In this document: piece by piece, positions 61,016 through 64,000 of the stretch
How positions within the stretch are numbered: position 1 is the stretch's first letter
Layout: each line of letters starts with the position of its first letter
NCBI GenBank assembly: GCA_963677415.2
Contig: CAXXFJ010000033.1
Span: 24,115-88,114, forward strand
Reading direction: 5' to 3'
DNA from: Bacteroidales bacterium
GTDB taxonomy: Bacteria > Bacteroidota > Bacteroidia > Bacteroidales > JAQUTK01
DNA: 64,000 bases
The notes under the pieces: generated by a model
Seen by the model: only the letters and a program-made list of their open reading frames with translations
Databases searched by the model: none
Told to the model about the DNA's origin: nothing
Program-made: the position numbers and the translations under genes

Positions 61016-63427
61016 ATGAAAAACAAATGGATGCAACAAGCGAAAGCTCAAATAAATATCCCGGGGGTATTTATTTGTACGGCAATTTCTGTACTCTCTT
61101 TTTTCCCCTTTTCTGTAAAGGCTCAGCTTAATTCATCGGTAAAGAAATCCGATTCGTCATGGATTAACGTTTCCGAAAGTCTTGGATTTCCATTAGGAGG
61201 AATAGGAACAGGTTATTCTGCTTTTGGAAGATATGGCTTTGTGCGGGTAAACTTTGACGGACGACCATACGATGGATTAGATGTAAGTCAATGGGAGTAT
61301 AACGCTGAGTATGTGCTTCGTAATGACACTTCATTTCAGAAAGTGGAGGAACAATGGATGAAAGCTCAGAAAGCTGATCCTCCGCTGGAGGCCAGTGCTC
61401 TTGAGAAGTTGAAGCGAAAATATGAGAATGCCGCAAGAGTTCACAAGATGGCTACTGCTCCGGAAGGTTTTGTACAGTCTTCTTATGGATTCACGCTGTC
61501 TGAAGGAAATAAATCTTACATTGTTCAAACCACTCCTGCAAACTGGAAAAAAGAGGCCACACCGTTTGAGAGTGCAAAAGTGTCGGCGTGCCTGCCTAAG
61601 GGCTTGGCTGTGTTTTCCGATAAAGAGGCAAAGCTTCAAGTGAGTGTCAGAGCATTCACTCCTTTGATACCTCATGATTTGGAGAGTTCGACCTTGCCGG
61701 TTCAGGTCTATGATGTGAAGGTCAAAAATACAGGAAAAACGGCCCGACAACTGAGTCTTTGCTTAGAGAATGGTACTCCTGGTACATCAGCATCTGATCG
61801 TACTGTGTTCACTTTTTCTTCTGGCGAGATGGTGTTTGCTGCAAATACTGGTACTGCATCGGAGAAAGGTGTCTCCGTAAAGCTTTCACTGGCACCAGGA
61901 GGTGAAGTGACAAAAAGGTTTTATATCTCCTGGCACTTTCCAAAGATAGACGGTTATAAAAGATATTATACACTGGCAATGCCAAATGCATCGGCTGTAA
62001 TAGATAAAGCCATGAAAGATGCTTCTCAATGGAGCAACAAAATTGATGCATGGCATAATTCTGTTCAAGTTCCTGCTTACTTAAAACGTGTTTGGTTTGG
62101 CTCTTTGGCTTCTATTATGACTTCTACATTCATGACGACAGATCCATATTTCTTTGAAATAGAAACACCTCATGGCTGTCTGAATACCATGGATGTTTGT
62201 GTTTATTCTGGATGGGTTTACATGATTAATTGGCCAGAACTTGAACGAATGGATATGAGTCAATTTTTTAAAGCTACACCCAAAACAGGAGAGAATGCCG
62301 GATTGATTATGCACGCCCTTTGGAATGATGCGGCTCATTATGTGGAAGAACCCACCTTTATGTGCCGCATGCGCCGGGATGCTCTTTGGTTTAACGATCC
62401 AGCATTTACCCGCGAAGGTTTTGATGTCTCTGTCCTGGCTGCCAATCGTGTTTACAATCTTGACAATTATGAAAATCTCATTCAAAGTAAGCATGGTAAT
62501 CAGAGTTATGATGCCTGGAAGATGCCTGGTGTAAGTAGTTATGTGAACTCAGCTTGGGTGTATGGTCTTGATGCATTGAAATCAATGGCTGCCGGATTGG
62601 GTGAAACGAATGTGATAGTCGGCTCTATTCCTCTTGACGAGATGCTTACAAAGGCACGTGCCAGCTATGACAGACTATTGTGGAATCCACAGACAAAGGC
62701 CTGGAATCTTTTTTATCGCACGGAAGGTTCTGCTCAGGAAAATACGCCTGAAACATTATTCACCGATCAACTTTTTGGACTTTGGGTAGCAGCGATCGAT
62801 CGTAATGCTAAGGAGGTATTGCCATCAGAGAAAATAAAGTTAGCACTTAACTCGCTATACATTAACAATATGGTTGAAGATAAGACACAAAATTTCCGTG
62901 GTTGGGTCAATGGCATGAAACCAAACCGTGTTCCTGATTATACGATTAATGGCTACCATGCACGAACATGCTGGTTTGGCGCACAGATTAATCTCAGTTC
63001 GCTGCTCGGATATATGGGCAATGAAGTTGCATCGATTGATATCATGCGTTCCATAGATATGAGTTTGAAAAACAATCATTTTGCTGCAGGAGAATGGAAT
63101 GGATCTATTAATGCAAAAGGTGAAGTACTTCCCTTACCGGAAGAAACGGCTAAGGATACTCCGCGTTTTGCACCCTATCCCCGCTACAAATCTTCTTGGG
63201 AATATCTTATTCGCCTTCTTGGTTTGCAGATGGATGAAAAGGCACTTTATCTGCAACCTTTCAAAACAGTGGATTTTCGTTTCGGGGATATACAACTCGC
63301 CGGAAAGAAAATGAATATCACCGTTGAAGCAGGTTGGAAGCGTGTCTTGGTAGATGGTAAGAAAGTAAGTTTGCCCGTGAGCATTCCAAGGACAAATGAG
63401 AGTGTGAGAGTAGAGTTTCTAAAATAA
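61016..63427 (+). CDS. GH116-like glycoside hydrolase (N-terminal beta-sandwich + (alpha/alpha)6 DUF608-type domain)
   Basis: 803 aa with a signal/TM segment. 'LGFPLGGIGTGYSAFGRYGF' is the GH116 N-domain signature. Confidence 0.55.
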   Translation: MKNKWMQQAKAQINIPGVFICTAISVLSFFPFSVKAQLNSSVKKSDSSWINVSESLGFPLGGIGTGYSAFGRYGFVRVNFDGRPYDGLDVSQWEYNAEYVLRNDTSFQKVEEQWMKAQKADPPLEASALEKLKRKYENAARVHKMATAPEGFVQSSYGFTLSEGNKSYIVQTTPANWKKEATPFESAKVSACLPKGLAVFSDKEAKLQVSVRAFTPLIPHDLESSTLPVQVYDVKVKNTGKTARQLSLCLENGTPGTSASDRTVFTFSSGEMVFAANTGTASEKGVSVKLSLAPGGEVTKRFYISWHFPKIDGYKRYYTLAMPNASAVIDKAMKDASQWSNKIDAWHNSVQVPAYLKRVWFGSLASIMTSTFMTTDPYFFEIETPHGCLNTMDVCVYSGWVYMINWPELERMDMSQFFKATPKTGENAGLIMHALWNDAAHYVEEPTFMCRMRRDALWFNDPAFTREGFDVSVLAANRVYNLDNYENLIQSKHGNQSYDAWKMPGVSSYVNSAWVYGLDALKSMAAGLGETNVIVGSIPLDEMLTKARASYDRLLWNPQTKAWNLFYRTEGSAQENTPETLFTDQLFGLWVAAIDRNAKEVLPSEKIKLALNSLYINNMVEDKTQNFRGWVNGMKPNRVPDYTINGYHARTCWFGAQINLSSLLGYMGNEVASIDIMRSIDMSLKNNHFAAGEWNGSINAKGEVLPLPEETAKDTPRFAPYPRYKSSWEYLIRLLGLQMDEKALYLQPFKTVDFRFGDIQLAGKKMNITVEAGWKRVLVDGKKVSLPVSIPRTNESVRVEFLK

Positions 63428-63464
63428 GAAGTTAATCACTTTGTCCTGATCAAATATTATCACT

Positions 63465-63517
63465 GATCACAAAAGAAGAAGCCACGCAAAATTTGCATGG
63501 CTTCTTCTTTTGTGATC
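63465..63517. terminator. 20-bp-stem hairpin, bidirectional terminator overlapping the tRNA 3' end
   Basis: The stem is gatcacaaaagaagaagcca / tggcttcttcttttgtgatc with a 13-nt loop. The last 5 nt of the stem are the tRNA acceptor 3' end. Confidence 0.7.
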
Positions 63518-63585
63518 CGCTTGGGGCTCGAACCCAAGACCCCAACATTAAAAGTGTTGTGCTCTACCAACTGAGCTAGCGAATC
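63513..63585 (-). tRNA. tRNA-Lys (anticodon UUU), 73 nt, CCA not encoded
   Basis: The reverse complement folds by hand as follows. Acceptor GATTCGC/GCGGATC (one G-U pair); D-arm GCTC-AGTTGGTA-GAGC; anticodon arm CAACA-CTTTTAA-TGTTG; T-arm TTGGG-TTCGAGC-CCCAA; discriminator A. Confidence 0.9.
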
Positions 63586-63721
63586 ATTTCACAGTGTGCA
63601 AAGGTATGATTATTTTACAAGAAGCACAAGTATTGACCTTTTTTTCTGTTTACACTCTTCTGAGAAGTATTTAAATACTATTTTTGTCGCGATATAATAA
63701 TTTGAATCACATTAAAAACAT

Positions 63722-64000
63722 ATGTATAAGAAGATCGCAATGCTATCCGTGCTTATGGCACAAATGATTGGCAGTGGTGCACTGTATGCCAGGGAAGAAG
63801 GCTTTCCCGTTGACTCTGTGGTTAGCCTGAGGGAGGTAATGGTTACTTCGACTAAGAATGAGACAAGTATATTGAATACGCCTCTCACAATGACAGTTAT
63901 CGATAAGGAGGAGCTGGCGGAGAGACAGGAGCCGGCAATTCTTCAAACTCTCTCCAAACGAGTGCCCGGACTCTTTGTGACGCAAAAAGGGCTTTTTGGC
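63722..64000 (+). CDS. TonB-dependent receptor, N-terminal part (runs off the window)
   Basis: The frame is open from ATG 63722 to the window end. It has a signal peptide and the plug-domain start 'LREVMVTSTKNETSILNTPLTMTVIDKEELAERQEPAILQTLSKRVPGLFV'. Confidence 0.75.
   Translation, partial: MYKKIAMLSVLMAQMIGSGALYAREEGFPVDSVVSLREVMVTSTKNETSILNTPLTMTVIDKEELAERQEPAILQTLSKRVPGLFVTQKGLFG

Noticed and set aside
63586-63721. A possible cobalamin or other riboswitch upstream of the TonB-dependent receptor.
   Set aside because: The leader is only about 135 nt and AT-rich. It lacks a B12-box-like GCCACTG element or any extended pairing that I could find. A Bacteroidota -7-like TATTTTTG (63679-63686) suggests it is just a promoter.

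Overview
The window looks like a Bacteroidota chromosome segment. The evidence is two C-terminal T9SS-type sorting domains, many SpII/SpI signal peptides and a dense set of CAZymes. No SusC/SusD pair is present.

It divides into four parts:

(1) 1-23.1 kb is a plant-cell-wall (xylan/pectin side-chain) enzyme block. It holds GH2 x2, a BNR sialidase-like protein, an MFS transporter, two GH106-like giants, GH43+CBM6, GH8, an array of CE1-type esterases and an alpha/beta hydrolase.

(2) 23.1-36.3 kb is an accessory, decayed stretch. It holds a ferredoxin-nitroreductase, an AAA+/DUF4143 ATPase, a HipBA toxin-antitoxin pair and a T9SS GH10 xylanase. Next comes a 1.7-kb non-coding tract packed with palindromes, iteron-like repeats, a G-rich hairpin and two ~217-bp direct repeats next to a rhuM fragment. 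After that come an AT-rich segment (Pmp-like beta-helix T9SS protein plus two orphan ORFs), an IS4-family element with 9-bp flanking repeats, a Bro-N pseudogene carrying nonsense codons, and a 169-bp duplication of the next gene's 5' end.

(3) 36.3-47.6 kb holds an unknown 725-aa secreted protein, two GH43s, an ECF sigma module, GH2 and a PNPOx-like protein.

(4) 47.8-63.4 kb is the most unusual part. It is a tightly packed, co-directional, IclR-headed cluster of 14 genes:
- a beta-propeller/di-haem peroxidase
- an FkbO/RidA-like protein
- two exported lyxose-isomerase-like cupins
- a VOC protein
- split DhaK/DhaL
- an LsrF-type thiolase/aldolase
- a beta-propeller protein
- an NPCBM-propeller protein
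- a c-haem/FGE-like protein
- a GH116-like hydrolase

I do not recognise this combination as a described pathway.

The window ends with tRNA-Lys(UUU) and the start of a TonB-dependent receptor.

Five genes are broken by single-nucleotide frame changes. At least two of these sit at short homopolymers, so assembly error must be excluded before calling them pseudogenes.

All family assignments come from motif recognition by eye. No database search was run.
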